Assembly: GCA_965644295.1 (NCBI GenBank)
Contig: CBFFRP010000235.1
Coordinates: 96,646 to 160,645 of the forward strand
Source: Paraphysomonas bandaiensis
Taxonomy: Eukaryota; Protista; Chrysophyceae
Reading direction: 5' to 3'
DNA length: 64,000 nucleotides
Part shown: positions 21,345 to 34,390 of the stretch, piece by piece
Layout: the number at the start of each line of letters is the position of its first letter
Numbering within the stretch: position 1 is the stretch's first letter
The notes under the pieces: generated by a model
Told to the model about the DNA's origin: nothing
The model's database searches: none
Seen by the model: the letters and a program-made list of their open reading frames with translations, nothing else
Made by a program: the position numbers and the translations under genes

Positions 21345-21774
21345 CAGAAAGAGAGCGGGGGGGGCGAGGTTATAATGCCATTCTGTATATCGGATATATC
21401 AGTTTGTACGGTTGCGATATCATCAGTATTAATCAATATATCAGCCGTGTTGTTACTTACGTCAGTATATAGAACTGTTATATCGCTCTCTATGTCTGGA
21501 ATATCGTTATCGTTATTCGTTATCTGTGTCTGAATATTGCCACTTACATTATTCAGATAACTTAATTCTATGTCTGTTATCTGCACGCCGTCAGTGTGCA
21601 GATATGCTCCTGTGTTCACAATAATATCTGTATCTACGGTTATGTTGTTGGCCTCTATGTTCTGTCAGTATATGTTGTTGGCGTTCAGGTTGTCTGCTGA
21701 GAGCTCGCCTGTATACAGCTCATCTAAATCAAGGCTCTTCAATTCGTTTATAGTGTGGTATTTATTTGGTTCAT
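21345..21774 (-). pseudogene. Probable viral fibre-like gene relic
   Basis: Intronless N/D/I/T-rich frame with ITDIELSYLNNVSGNIQTQI and heptad repeats; one in-frame TGA and one frameshift near the ATG. Confidence 0.5.
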
Positions 21775-21866
21775 TTTATATTATTATGGTACATATTTTT
21801 TTACATGTGAAGTGTGTTATACTGTGTATTATAATAAACACTTTTATATTGCTGTTGCCTTAAAAT

Positions 21867-22133
21867 ATGTCTGCACGTAAAATGATAACCTCCAAGCATA
21901 CCAAGCCTGCCTCGCCTGATCCTGATGAATCGGATACTGTCATGTCTGATGACAGCAAAGATTCCGACTACAAAAACTCTGATGACTCACTTCTTCGTGA
22001 TGTGCTGCTTGAAGTGCAGCAATTGCGTATACAGGTAAGCGGGGTACAAAACGAAGTGTCGTATTGGAGGGATGCGTATGATGTGGTCGGTGGGGATGAG
22101 AAGAAAGAGGACGTCAACGTCTCGTCTATATAG
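21867..22133 (+). CDS. Small intronless acidic/coiled-coil ORF of unknown function, divergent from the fibre-like relic
   Basis: 88-aa ORF with plausible composition after a short AT-rich spacer. Confidence 0.35.
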   Translation: MSARKMITSKHTKPASPDPDESDTVMSDDSKDSDYKNSDDSLLRDVLLEVQQLRIQVSGVQNEVSYWRDAYDVVGGDEKKEDVNVSSI

Positions 22134-22427
22134 TGCTCTAAAGTGGCTTCACTCTAGTAAAATACATAATGAACAAAGCTTATCCGGATGAAAACAATAT
22201 GTTGAACTGTAATATATATCTTAATGTATTACTAGAGGTACGTAAACGCATGATCTATACTTCAAATTATAGTAATCCAGCACTACGTTACATATCAAAA
22301 ATGAATTGCCATATGCGCACAACATGGATGATGAGTGGAATATGACTATAATCTCTACTATAATAATCGTATCATAATAATACAATCAATACATGGGACA
22401 TTTGTTTAAACACTCTAACGGGCTACA

Positions 22428-23866
22428 TTATAAAAGCCCATATAGATTCCATAGTGATAATCGTCCCGTTACTGCAGTGTCGTTAGGCATCTTTCTAGGC
22501 AGATGACGTGATCCCCGCATGTGATATCGGGGTGAGTTGGATGTTATCGAATATTCTAACAGCTCTAAAACATCGGTGTTGTCCCATTTTTCAGCTAGCG
22601 ACACGGCCGACGTACCACCATTGTTGGTTAATAAGGGGTCTGCTTTCGCATCTAGAAGTAAGGACACTACAGCAATATTACGTCTTATTGAAGCAAACAT
22701 CAGTGGGGTCCACCCATCCAAGTCACTCAAATTAGAATCGGCACCATGGTTGAGTAGATATGACACCACTGTGTCATCAGATTGCTTACATGCCACAATT
22801 AACGGGGTATAATTGGATCGGTGTTTACATGACATATTAGGGTCGGCGCCGATTTCAATCAGAGCGACTATGTCGTCAAGATTTTGATCGGCAACTGCAT
22901 TACAGACGGCAGCATTCAGCAGTCCTTGTGCCATACCAGGTTGATCGTGAGAAATAGCGATATCACTCGCCGTATGACCTTCTTGATTACGGACATGAAC
23001 TGAAGCACCGTAATCTAACAATTTCTGCACGCACTGAATACACTCCTGCGTAGTAGAAAACGTAAGAACTATCCTAATGGCACATTCAATAACAAAATAC
23101 GTAAGCTACACACATTGCCATACTACGAAAGAGATATACAATTCCATCGAGAACTTACCGAATCGACAGCAAACATAAGGGGAGTCCAACCATTCTCATC
23201 ACACTCATCCACGTTCGCACCATGTTCGAGAAACAATTCTACAGACTCAGGGCTACCTATTGACGCCGCTAGCATTAGTGGAGAAATGTGACCCTTTAAA
23301 CTGAGGTCATTCGCATCGTGACCAGCGGACAACACAGACTGCACGGCAATATAGTCCCCCGTATGAGCTGCTTGAAGTGAGAGTGATATAACTCCATGTT
23401 TGTTAATATGAAATTGTCCTTGTTCAGATGATCGAATCACAGATGAAATAAGATGATATATATCAATATTTCCAGATTGTTCAGCTGCAAGTACAGCATT
23501 CATTGCATTACGTGTTACTACATGAGGATTGGCACTATGTTTTAATAATAATTGTACCATATCCAAATGTCCTTCACGACATGCTATAATTAATGGTGTC
23601 CATCCATCATTACATGGTAAATTAATATCCGCCCCATATTGTATTAATTCATTTGCAAGATGTACATCGCCTGTATGTGCAACAAACTGTAATGGTGTCC
23701 ATCCATATTGTGTTTCCACATCATTTGGATTATATCCAGTATGTAATAAATGATATGCACGATGTTTATCACCTTCAAATAATGCGGATAAGATTTGATT
23801 ACCAGATACATGTGTATATGTTAATATATGTATGTATAGGATGATATGTATGTATATATGATACAT
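22428..23866 (-). CDS. Ankyrin-repeat protein with probable signal peptide
   Basis: Many GWTPL..A repeats in two exons (23866-23159, 23045-22428). Confidence 0.88.
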
Positions 23867-24517
23867 ATCCCTATCTAAGTAAAGGAGGGATGATGGATGG
23901 ATGGATGGATGTGTGTGTGTGTGTGATTAGATTGATATGATATGATGAAGTAGGAGATTCATTGATAGACTTATCTGTGTATGTTTCATATGATGTGATC
24001 TATGTATATATATATATGTATGTATGAATTGTAATGTATAGAAATTCACGTTAAAATGCTCTTTTTACTAGAGTTTGAAGTCATATCAATGGTGCGTATG
24101 GATGTGTATGTATATGTATGTGTATGTATGTAGTGTAGAGTAGATGTGATCCGGGAAATAATGGGGTCGAAATTTTCAGTAGACGGTATCTATATATACG
24201 GATTACAATCCGTAGACGGATAGAAGATGTGCTCTGCTGTACTGTTTACGGATCTCTGTATACGGTAGTTCAGATACGGATAGTTCCCCGATTTACCTTC
24301 GGTATACGGATATCTAGATATTGCCACACGTAATTACGGATCTTACCGAGCTGCTATGTGGAATGAAACTATCGTCTATCTTAAGAACAAGATTGACAAT
24401 AATGTCAATAGAATTCATCAATGTGATATAAAGAAATAGCATGTAGTTATGAAAGACTTGAGTCACATTGTCCACATACCATTCAAATCACTTAAACCAT
24501 CAGAAATATAAAGTATG

Positions 24518-24843
24518 CGTATTGGCATCCTTTGTATATTTTTGTTCCAAAATGCCTCTATTATTGAGACAACAATTATCTGTATTCCACCCGTAGTTAT
24601 ACTACAGTAATATAAAGAATATTTGCTTCAATATATTACCGAAAAAATAAGATGCTGACTGCCGATACGTGAGTATACTGAAACATAACAATCGTATTGG
24701 CATGCTTTGTATATTTTTGTTCAGATATGCCTCTAATTTTGAGGCAACAATTATCTGTATTATAGCCGTATTTGTACTGCAGTAATATAGAATATATTTG
24801 CTTCAATTTATTTCCGAAAACTATAATGCTGACTGCCGATACG
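24518..24843 (+). mobile_element. Two tandem MITE family A copies (24518-24669, 24693-24843)
   Basis: Each bounded by CGTATTGGCA...TGCCGATACG; 2-bp flanking duplications TG/TG and AT/AT. Confidence 0.85.
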
Positions 24844-25080
24844 ATGACAACAACCAGCATTGTAACACTACAACCATCATATTCATCATCACATCTTATA
24901 GTTGCTATTCCTTTAACATCAATTCTAGTCATCTCATTCTATTATAGATGCCATTGATTTCAAACTACACTGTAAAGTTTCAATCTTGAAATCTTTTCTT
25001 TCTATCAGCAAGCAAGATTTCTATTCTATGTATGTGTTTACTCTCATGAGAGTACTCTACAATATAAACTAGTAGGTTTA

Positions 25081-25167
25081 TAAGGAGTGTTCGTCCTTGT
25101 CAAATTTTAAAACTCGGGCTTTTTATCCTCGTTACAAAATTTTGAGCGGGACGAGGTAGCCTCCTTA
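25081..25167. mobile_element. Small hairpin MITE-like element
   Basis: Imperfect inverted repeat TAAGGAG..TCGTCC..AAATTTT / AAAATTT..GGACGA..CTCCTTA, flanked by TTA on both sides. Confidence 0.45.
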
Positions 25168-25329
25168 TTACACGTGGTTGAATATAGCGATATCCTTTCA
25201 GTTCTCATCATAATATCATACAGAAACCCTCAACAAAGCCGGACTTTCAACTTTTTTCTGGTGTTCTCAGGAATAAGCTCCGAATATATTACTCCGGGAA
25301 GCTAACGTGAGCTGCATATATAGTCAGAA

Positions 25330-25695
25330 GCTAACTTTCTGCCCTCTCATAGCCAAATGCTTGTGTGGTACAAGGGACACTAATTTGTGTAACTTGTGCA
25401 GACATCTTTGGGCCTTGACGAATAAACAGGTATCCGGGAATGGGCCAACCTCAAGGGCATCCGGGATATTGGGCTGCCTTCTGAAGTTAAGCATCGGGAA
25501 ATGGGCCCACCTTAAGGACTTAATATCAGAAAATGTCAGGTGTATCAACATTCTGCTTGCTCGCTGCATTTGATTTGAGAGATAGAGCGAGAGTGGTTGC
25601 ACCTTGGCTTGGTGCTTCAATAGTAGCGTTCAATAGTAGGATATCAGAGTTAATCACTGCCTCTTCAGAGCCATTGCTTATAATAAGACATTCAC
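25330..25695 (-). repeat. Repeat family B copy (modules A and B)
   Basis: Homologous to 3960-4238, including GGCCCATTCCCGGAT sub-repeats. Confidence 0.75.
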
Positions 25696-25864
25696 TACTC
25701 ACACATAAAACAAACTGGTAAGCTATTCTGGATAAATAATTATTCTGGTTTGGTTATCATTTATCATGTGATCTTAATGACTAGTACTAAATATGGTATT
25801 TACGCTAGTGTTTAATTGCTGAATAAAGAAAATACTCGGTTTCAATAGCATTGTTGGACGCTAT

Positions 25865-25905
25865 CTAGCAATAATATTGCAATATATCATTGTTTCCTAT
25901 CCCTG
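25865..25905 (-). mobile_element. Orphan hAT terminus related to 6077-6821
   Basis: Reverse complement CAGGGATAGGAAACAATGATATATTGCAATATT resembles the left end of the hAT element. Confidence 0.55.
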
Positions 25906-25984
25906 GTATTAATTATGATTTGAAATACAGCGAAATCTTGCGAGAGTTTAGGACATATATTACTATTGACTATTGATTATGGAT

Positions 25985-26337
25985 TGTTAGAATTGGACAT
26001 TTCACTTAAGTTAACTTTGCTCTACACGTAAACCTTAACCTTGCTATGTTAAACACAATGCACTTTCAAGTAAGAAATTATAATTATTATTCTGAACACT
26101 TCACTACATATTCGTGTAATATATGTTGAAACATCTGCTCTCAGCAACATCTGTTTATCATATGTTCATCAGTCAGTTCTATATCTTATATAGTCACACA
26201 TCAGTAACTGAATTTGACTCCTTTGTACCTATAATCACCCGTTACACCTTTGAATTGGCTTCACCTTTTGCACATTGCACACTATTAACTCACTTCAATT
26301 GCACAATATATATCACATCATATTGCAGAACTCAACA
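25985..26337 (+). mobile_element. Solo LTR (Copia-like)
   Basis: TGTTAG...TCAACA, 353 bp, homologous to 7244-7582; 5-bp flanks TGGAT/TTGAT (TSD with one mismatch). Confidence 0.78.
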
Positions 26338-26784
26338 TTGATCATGATATTGCTAAATTCTCGATAAGTTATTTAGAAACCGGCCATACATTCTACAATT
26401 TCAAACTGTACCATAGACCTGGCACTGACGCATTGTAAGCATGATTATTATATATTATAACAACATAAAACATGTGTTACTTCTTACCTACAATTCTACC
26501 ATCACTATAAAAGTTCTAGCTACTTAGTACAATAATCTTTCATATAAAATATTATGGAAATGTGACTACACGCGGCTGCACCTTCACAGCACAGAACATT
26601 CTCTATTATATACTAGACATATTCTTCAGTGGAAGCATGCAACAAGTTGTGCAGCATTTAGTGGTAGCATTTCAAACCACGTTGAAAGTACAGACTGGGT
26701 CCACCAAAGACTGCAACTTGAGGTATATATGCACACATTGACCGACCATTATAATATAGTGATTCGTTTTGCTTCCAACATGAG

Positions 26785-28843
26785 CTATGTTTTATTAGGT
26801 GTGGTTGGGGTTGGGGGTTTCTTCAGGGCATTGGTGAATGGCCACTTCCGCCGTCCACTGGATTTATTTTCTCCGGGCGGAGTTGACGCAAATAAACCTC
26901 CTGTCGGGGAGGCCGTTAAAGTATCGACAGGTCGGCGGACGTCGTCGTCTTTCGATGCGATACCGCCTGCAGATGGACTTGTCGTGTCAGACAGTGCGGC
27001 ATCCGTATTTGCATTGTTTTCAGGAGTAGTTGGAGTTGAAGGGATCGACAACTTACCGCTACTCCATTTGCGAAGTCCTTTTAAACTCCCTTTCAGAGAA
27101 ATTCCACTTCCTGTCTTCTCTTTCGGGGGTTTCGGAGCCGTTGTGGCGTCCTTATCTCTACTTCCCCAGAACCAGGAAGAGGAAGACGGACTGGGTGTTG
27201 GAGTGGTAGTAGGAGTCCCAGCAGGGCTCGTATTGGTTATAACAGATATGTCCTTTTTATTGCGACCTTTTCTATCATTTTTCTTACTTCCTGTAGGGGT
27301 GGATACGGCAGCAGGACTGGGCTTTTGCGCACTCTTGGTGGCAGGCTCAAGAGATGGGTTGCAAGTAGCGTCGGTCAATAGCGGTGGCGTGACCCGGCCC
27401 TCCTTATCACTACCATTCTTTTCAGATGGTGGTAGCATTCCCACTAACGTGCCCCGCGTGGGTTCGCTAACAGAAGTAGGAGTACTACTTTTTGATTTGT
27501 TTTCACTAGTTGTGTTGGCACCATTAGTAGGAGTGCCATTAGCTGATCTCTCCACGAGTCTGTATTTTTGTGGCTGTTCATCAACTGCAGCAGAAGTTTT
27601 TTTGGATGCTTCTTCAGCACCTCCTTCTTCCTCCAAAACCCCAGCAAAAGTGAATTTTGATTTGCTGCTTTCTTTGCCTGCTTGTTGCTTTCTGAATCGA
27701 CTCTCCTGGTTTTCTGCGATGCGGATAATGCGAATAACTTGATCGCGTTGACTTTGTGTCTGGGGTGACCCGACAGCGACTGGGCATTGCCGCAAGTCAT
27801 GAACTTTTTGACAATAGGCCATAGCTGCATGGGCGTCCATCTGTATGCAATAACAATAGTGTTAGGTATCTACATAGAGATGTCGCGGTTGACAAGAAAA
27901 TGGTAAAATACATGTCACTAGATACAACTATCGATAAGCAAATATATGCATCATTATGTCCCCAAATATGGTGTACGCGTAATACTTACCCCATACATAA
28001 GATGAAGCATAATACATACAAGTGTCCCGGTACGCCCATGCCCGCCCCAGCAGTGCAAATACTGAACGTTACCCTTATTTATATCTTCCACTAACTTCAA
28101 TGCAAGGTCGAAAACACCATTATCGTCAGTCACACTACAGTCCTTGATAGGAAAATGCACAAAATCTAAATCGTTGGCATCGCAGACGTTGCTATCTTGA
28201 GATAATATTTTAAACATGTGCTTGTTTTTTACGAGCAGTTTCACATCTTCAAAGTACGGTCTTAGGGCTTGTCCACGTCTCCACATGGCTTCTGTCACAC
28301 CTTCTGTTTTGTACTAAAATAAATATATTAGTTTAACTAATTGTAGTAAACTGAAGTGATTTACCTCTAACTGTAGGCATATAAACTGGTTGACTCCTAG
28401 ACGAAGAATGGATGTGAGTAACTCAAAGGTCTCCGCATCATCCTGAGAGGCAGGATATGCACCAACTAGAAGCTTCCCAGGAATAACCCAATTGGATTCT
28501 GGAGTAGGACCACAATACTATATACATATATATTATATTCCTTATCTTATATACATGTCTATGTATGTATATATGTATATATATAGAGAGAGTGGTATGT
28601 ACGTACCTTTTCATATGTTATGCCTGTGCCTGTATCTAACTCTTGAAAATTACAACTGATATAATCAATACGTTCAACAGGTCGATCAATATCAGCAAGT
28701 GGACTTGGACGTGGGGTAGGAATACCACGTGGTGTTGGTTGAAATGGTGCTGCAATATCACGTTTAGGTGGTCCTTTTTTTATAGGTATATTACGACTAA
28801 TTGAGTCATCATTCTCAGTGTTTTCTTTACCATTTGAATGCAT
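26785..28843 (-). CDS. Cys-based protein phosphatase (PTP/dual-specificity fold) with long S/T/P-rich tail
   Basis: Four exons; SNWVIPGKLLVGAYP, HFPIKDCSV, CX5R loop HCWGGHGRT, SPQTQSQRDQV. Confidence 0.88.
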
Positions 28844-29560
28844 ATGTAATGGATTCTATTCCCTACTTGCCAAATGGCTTGTGGGTTATGATTATTATAT
28901 ATATATATATGGTTATATTTTCTATGGGATGATAATGAATGTATGTGTATATGTATGTGATATGTGTGTGTATGTACTGCGTGTGTGTATGTATGTATAT
29001 GGAGGTGTGTGTAACATATAACGATATTGAGAATACTTCAAATATAAAGTGAGTTGATATGATTGGTTTAGCAGTAAGATCTATATACAGAGTACGGGTA
29101 TACTGGGATAGGTACAATAATACGGTGTGATAGTAGGAATTCTATAGGATAGATATGAGTGAGATGGGACCGTATGTGGAGAACTTCCAACCCACACCAC
29201 TCAACGTGATGTACTGGAAAGTCATAGAGAGAGAGGTACACACACATATAGAGAGGTACGCAAATAGATAGGTACACACATATATGAATAGGTACTTACA
29301 TAGTCACTACATAAAAGTACATATCATCCATCCATAAGTACATATTATCTTCAGTCCCTACCATTCAAACTTCCCAACAAATCCATCCATTCATCACGTT
29401 ATCTCATTGGCTCCTAATCATTCACTTCACTTTTTTTTTATATCTAACTTTCTTGTATATTCTTAGTAGAAGATACGATGAATTCTATATATAATCACTG
29501 TACAATTCCTCATTAATTCATACATACACGACATCTATTTCATATTACTTAAATATAAGT

Positions 29561-32500
29561 ATGAAGTATATTGTTGTTACTGGTGGTGTTGTCAGTGGTT
29601 TGGGGAAAGGTATTACCATAAGTTCTATTGGGTAAGATAAGTTTGATATTGATATATGTGTGTATTCTCATATCTTCTCATATATAGCCGTATACTTAAG
29701 TCATCTGGAGTTAGAGTAACAGGTATTTAATATATAACACTGTAGAGTGATCGATATACATGCTATACTGTATAGAATGATGTTACTACAGCAGTATATT
29801 AGCATAGTGAGATGGTATAGTGGTATATTGGATGGTATAGTGATGTATATAGTGAGATGGTATAGTGGTATATATTGGATGGTATAGTGTTGTGTAGTGA
29901 GATGGTATAGTGGTATATAGTGAGATGGTATAGTGGTATATATGGAGATGGTATAGTGATATATATATTGGATGGTATAGTGGTATATAGTGAGATGGTA
30001 TAGTGGTATAGTGAGATGGTATAGTGGTATATATGGAGATGGTATAGTGATGTATATTGAGATGGTATAGTGATATATATATTGGATGGTATAGTGGTAT
30101 ATAGTGAGATGGTATAGTGATGTATATTGGATGGTATAGTGGTATATAGTGAGATGGTATAGTGGTATAGTGGATGTATAGTGGTATATAGTGAGATGGT
30201 ATAGTGGTATATAGTGAGATGGTATAGTGGTATACATGGAGATGGTATAGTGGTATATATAGTGAGATGGTATAGTGGTATATATTGAGATGGTATAGTG
30301 TTGTGTAGTGAGATGGTATAGTGGTATAGTGGATGGTAAAGTGGCATATATGGAGATGGTATAGTGGTATATAGTGAGATGGTATAGTGATGTATATTGG
30401 ATGGTATAGTGGTATATAGTGAGATGGTATAGTGGTATAGTGGATGTATAGTGGTATATAGTGAGATGGTATAGTGGTATATAGTGAGATGGTATAGTGG
30501 TATATATGGAGATGGTATAGTGATGTATATTGAGATGGTATAGTGGTATATAGTGAGATGATATAGTGTTGTGTAGTGAGATGGTATAGTGGTATATAGT
30601 GAGGTGGTATAGTGAGATGGTATAGTGGTAAATAGTGAGGTGGTATAGTGAGATGGTATAGTTGTATATAGTGAGATGATATAGTGAGATGGTATAGTGG
30701 TATATAGTGAGATGGTATAGTGGTATATAGTGAGGTGGTATAGTGGTATATATTGGATGGTATAGTGGTATATGTTGGATGGTATATTGGGATGGTATAG
30801 TGATGTATATTGAGATGGTATATTGGTATATAGTGAGATGGTATAGTGGTATAGTGAGATGGTGTAGTGATGTATATTGAGATGGTATAGTTGTATATAG
30901 TGAGATGATATTGTGGTATATAGTGAGGTGGTATAGTGGTATATATTGGATGGTATAGTGTTGTATAGTGAGATGGTATAGTTGTATATATTGAGATTGT
31001 ATAGTAGTATATTGTAAGATGGTATAGTTTTATATTTTGATAATTATATATTTGTGTTAGTGTAGTGGTTAATTGGTTTAGAGTGGTATAATTGTGTAGT
31101 TTAGTAATGTATATGGACTATGAAGATAGTATAGTTTACAGACCTGTTCTGATTTTTATCATGAGATACAATGTATGCACCACCATCTGTTCCTGTTTTT
31201 TGTTAATACGTACCTAACGGTTGCGTGTTTATATGATGCATGGATATATATATATAATAAAACATAACATTGTCATCACTTTGTTATTGCAGCTATAAAA
31301 ATTGATCCGTATTTAAACACGGACGCTGGGACGATGAGTCCTTTTGAGCACGGAGAAACATTCGTTCTAGATGACGGGGGAGAGACCGACCTTGACCTTG
31401 GAAACTATGAACGGTTAGTAGAGTATCGAGTATGTGGTGTGTATAGATGATATCGTTCGCTGCTCTGAGGTTGGATTGCAGAGTAGATGTGTATGTGATA
31501 TTGATGTGCAATATATGTTGTATTCTTATAATATCTTTTTTCCATCTTTAGGTTCCTTGATGTGACATTATCAGGAGATCATAACATTACAACCGGGAAG
31601 ATTTACAGAGAAGTAATTGACCGCGAGAGAAGAGGGGATTATCTAGGAAAAACTGTTCAGATTGTTCCCCATGCAACAGATATGGTCATGTCGTGGATCA
31701 AGAACGTGTCCAAACGCCCCGTTGATAACTCTGGCATGGAACCTGATGTGTGCTTGATAGAGGTATTGGCATGGCCACTTTGTACGGCTGAGAACACATG
31801 TAAATACATATGTTTCGCTATTTTGATTATGTGTACTTTGTAGGTGGGTGGTACTGTAGGAGATATTGAGTCGATGGTGTTCTTGGAAGCTTTGAGACAG
31901 CTTCAGTTTTCCGTATCTCCCGAGAACCTTTTGTTCGTCCATGTCAGCCTTGTTCCAGTACTGGGCGTTGTCGGGGAGCAGAAAACGAAGCCGACACAAC
32001 ATAGTGTTAAGGAGCTGCGGGCGGTTGGCATTTCTCCAGATGTCATCATATGCCGCTCTTCTACTCTTCTTGAGACATCAACTAAACACAAGCTGTCCAG
32101 TTTTTGTCAAGTTCCTGCTTCTAACGTTCTCTCTGTTCACGATGTCTCCAATATCTATCATGTACCTCTTATTTTGGCCGAACAAGGAATTCACGAAATT
32201 ATTCGAGGTCATTTAGGACTTCAGGATGTTATGGCGGCTACACCTGACTTCACTGTTTGGCGTGAAATGGCCGTCAATGTGGACAGTATTGATAAGAACC
32301 CATCCACGAAGGAAGTGAATATTGCCCTAGTTGGCAAGTACACTGGACTATCTGACTCGTATTTGAGTGTTATTAAGAGCTTGAAACACTCTGCCATCCA
32401 TTTGGGTGTCAAGTTAAACATTAATTGGGTTGATTCAAGCCACCTTGAAGGCGAAACACGCCTGGACAATGAATGCTCAGTGGATAGCAATGGCACTCCT

Positions 32501-33800
32501 GGTTTGACCGGTGTACAGAAATTTGAGGCGGCGTGGAACATTATCAAGTCTGCTGGTATGCTGATATCTGTATTATGTGTCGCTTTGTGGAGCTCATCAC
32601 TACTAAAATATCATAGTATTTTACTAATACTTGTTGGTATGGCAGACGGAATATTGGTTCCAGGAGGGTTCGGAGTGCGCGGTGTGGAAGGGAAAGTGGC
32701 CGCAGCAACATATGCTAGAACTCACAAGAAACCTTATCTCGGAATATGCCTAGGCATGCAGGTAGCTTGCGTGTACTGTATAGATATATTATTTTGCAGT
32801 CGCGGGGTACTTCTGGTCTTTGCTGCATGCCTTGTTTTGGCTATATTTATATGTACTGCCCCTAATTTTACATATTATATAAATACTTGGTAGGTCATGG
32901 TTATCGAATATGCCCGGCATGTACTTAAACTTCACAAAGCTAATAGTACTGAATTTGATGAGACCACGAAGCACCCCGTCGTGATTTTTATGCCTGAAAT
33001 CAACCCGAAAGTAATGGGTGGTTCAATGCGCTTGGGTGCCCGCCCAACTGTAATTTCCCCCGTATTCCCAGAAATTACACCCGCAGATGACGCCAAAGGC
33101 AATGCTGATAGTGTGAGTAACTCTGAGGACGATACAGCACCCACGCGTACACTGGCGAGTGATATTTATTGTGTTGGAGTCTCACTACCTTCCGAGGACT
33201 CTAATAATTCCGCACACTTCACCCCTCAAGATGTGATGGAGAGACATAGACATCGTTACGAGGTCAACCCAGCTTTTGTCAAAGCTATAGAAAATAGTGG
33301 CTTGGTTTTCTCTGGAATGGATGACAAGCATGAACGTATGGAAATCGCCGAGCTACCAAGGTAGATAATAGTTAAATATGAAGCATCCATGTGATATCTT
33401 TATATTGTAGAGCGAAGCACCCTTTTTATTTTGGAACACAGTTTCATCCTGAGTTCAAGTCGCGCCCTAACCGACCTTCTCCTCCTGTTTATGCTTTCGT
33501 TTCTGTTGCAGCTGGTAATAAAGCTGTTCTGGCATAAAGTTCTTCGTGATTTTTATGTATGGTAAATAGTTTAACCTTTAACGTTATTTCTTAGGTTTGC
33601 CTGATAAATTGACTACGGCTGGAGCATTATGGCAACAGCATGTAGAAGCTTCGCGTATAGCGAAGCTCCAGGCTGCTCCTTCCTCTCCTCCGAAACCTAT
33701 CCCATCCAAAGCATTGCCATCTCCTAACCCAGGTGATCGAAAGCGGGTGGAGCTCAAGAGAAAGTGGTCTATTAGCTCGCTTAGTGAAAATGAAAATTAG
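29561..33800 (+). CDS. CTPS: CTP synthase
   Basis: [83 protein letters not shown] over multiple exons. Confidence 0.97.
29803..31030 (+). repeat. Minisatellite (about 23-bp unit GAGATGGTATAGTGGTATATAGT) in CTPS intron 2
   Basis: Dozens of variant tandem units; the top strand is almost devoid of C. Confidence 0.95.
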
Positions 33801-34232
33801 AATCGCGTCTAGTCCTATAGTTATAATGAGTCGGTTATGAACTCAGCATTTAGCTCCTACATGAAGCTATGGTACATTGATGCCATGAACATATTAAAAT
33901 TTATTCTGCGCATGCAGGTATACCTTTGAAACCTTTTTGCTTCCTACCTGGCCGTAAAAGTCTAGTGACGGCTCTACTTAAATAATATCAGACTCCACTG
34001 TATATTCTTGCTTTTCCAACTAATGATTTGTACTCATTGCATACTTGCGTACTACCCGCATCATCGCTGCGCAAAAATTAATATCGGTACTACGCGAATA
34101 AGTTGACTTCAAGTCGATTGATTATAGATTATAGCGGTGACAGATGAGCTATATCAACTATCAACATATATCTGGAATCTGGATATTATCATGGTGAAAT
34201 AACTTAGGTAGCTGATATTGAACTCACATAGT

Positions 34233-34390
34233 AGTAAATGTCTGATTATTAGCAATAGAGGCGTTTAAGAGTCCGAACAAGTATAGCATTGCAATTTCAC
34301 TAACTAGCACCACATAGCTCTGATATCCTACTATTCAGCGCTACGAAAGCTGCTTTGCGTCACCGCAAACATCAAGGTGCAACCACTCTC
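34233..34390 (+). repeat. Repeat family B, module A copy (further fragments near 34673 and 35005-35093)
   Basis: AATGTCTGATTATTAGCAATAG...TCCTACTATTCAGCGCTACGAAAGC...CAAGGTGCAACCACT. Confidence 0.75.

Noticed and set aside
26729-27742. 337-aa plus-strand ORF
   Set aside because: Antisense shadow of the S/T/P-rich last exon of the phosphatase.
29701-30347. Y/H/T/I-rich ORFs and a CRISPR-like look of the array
   Set aside because: Intronic minisatellite with variant units and no unique spacers; eukaryotic context and no cas genes.
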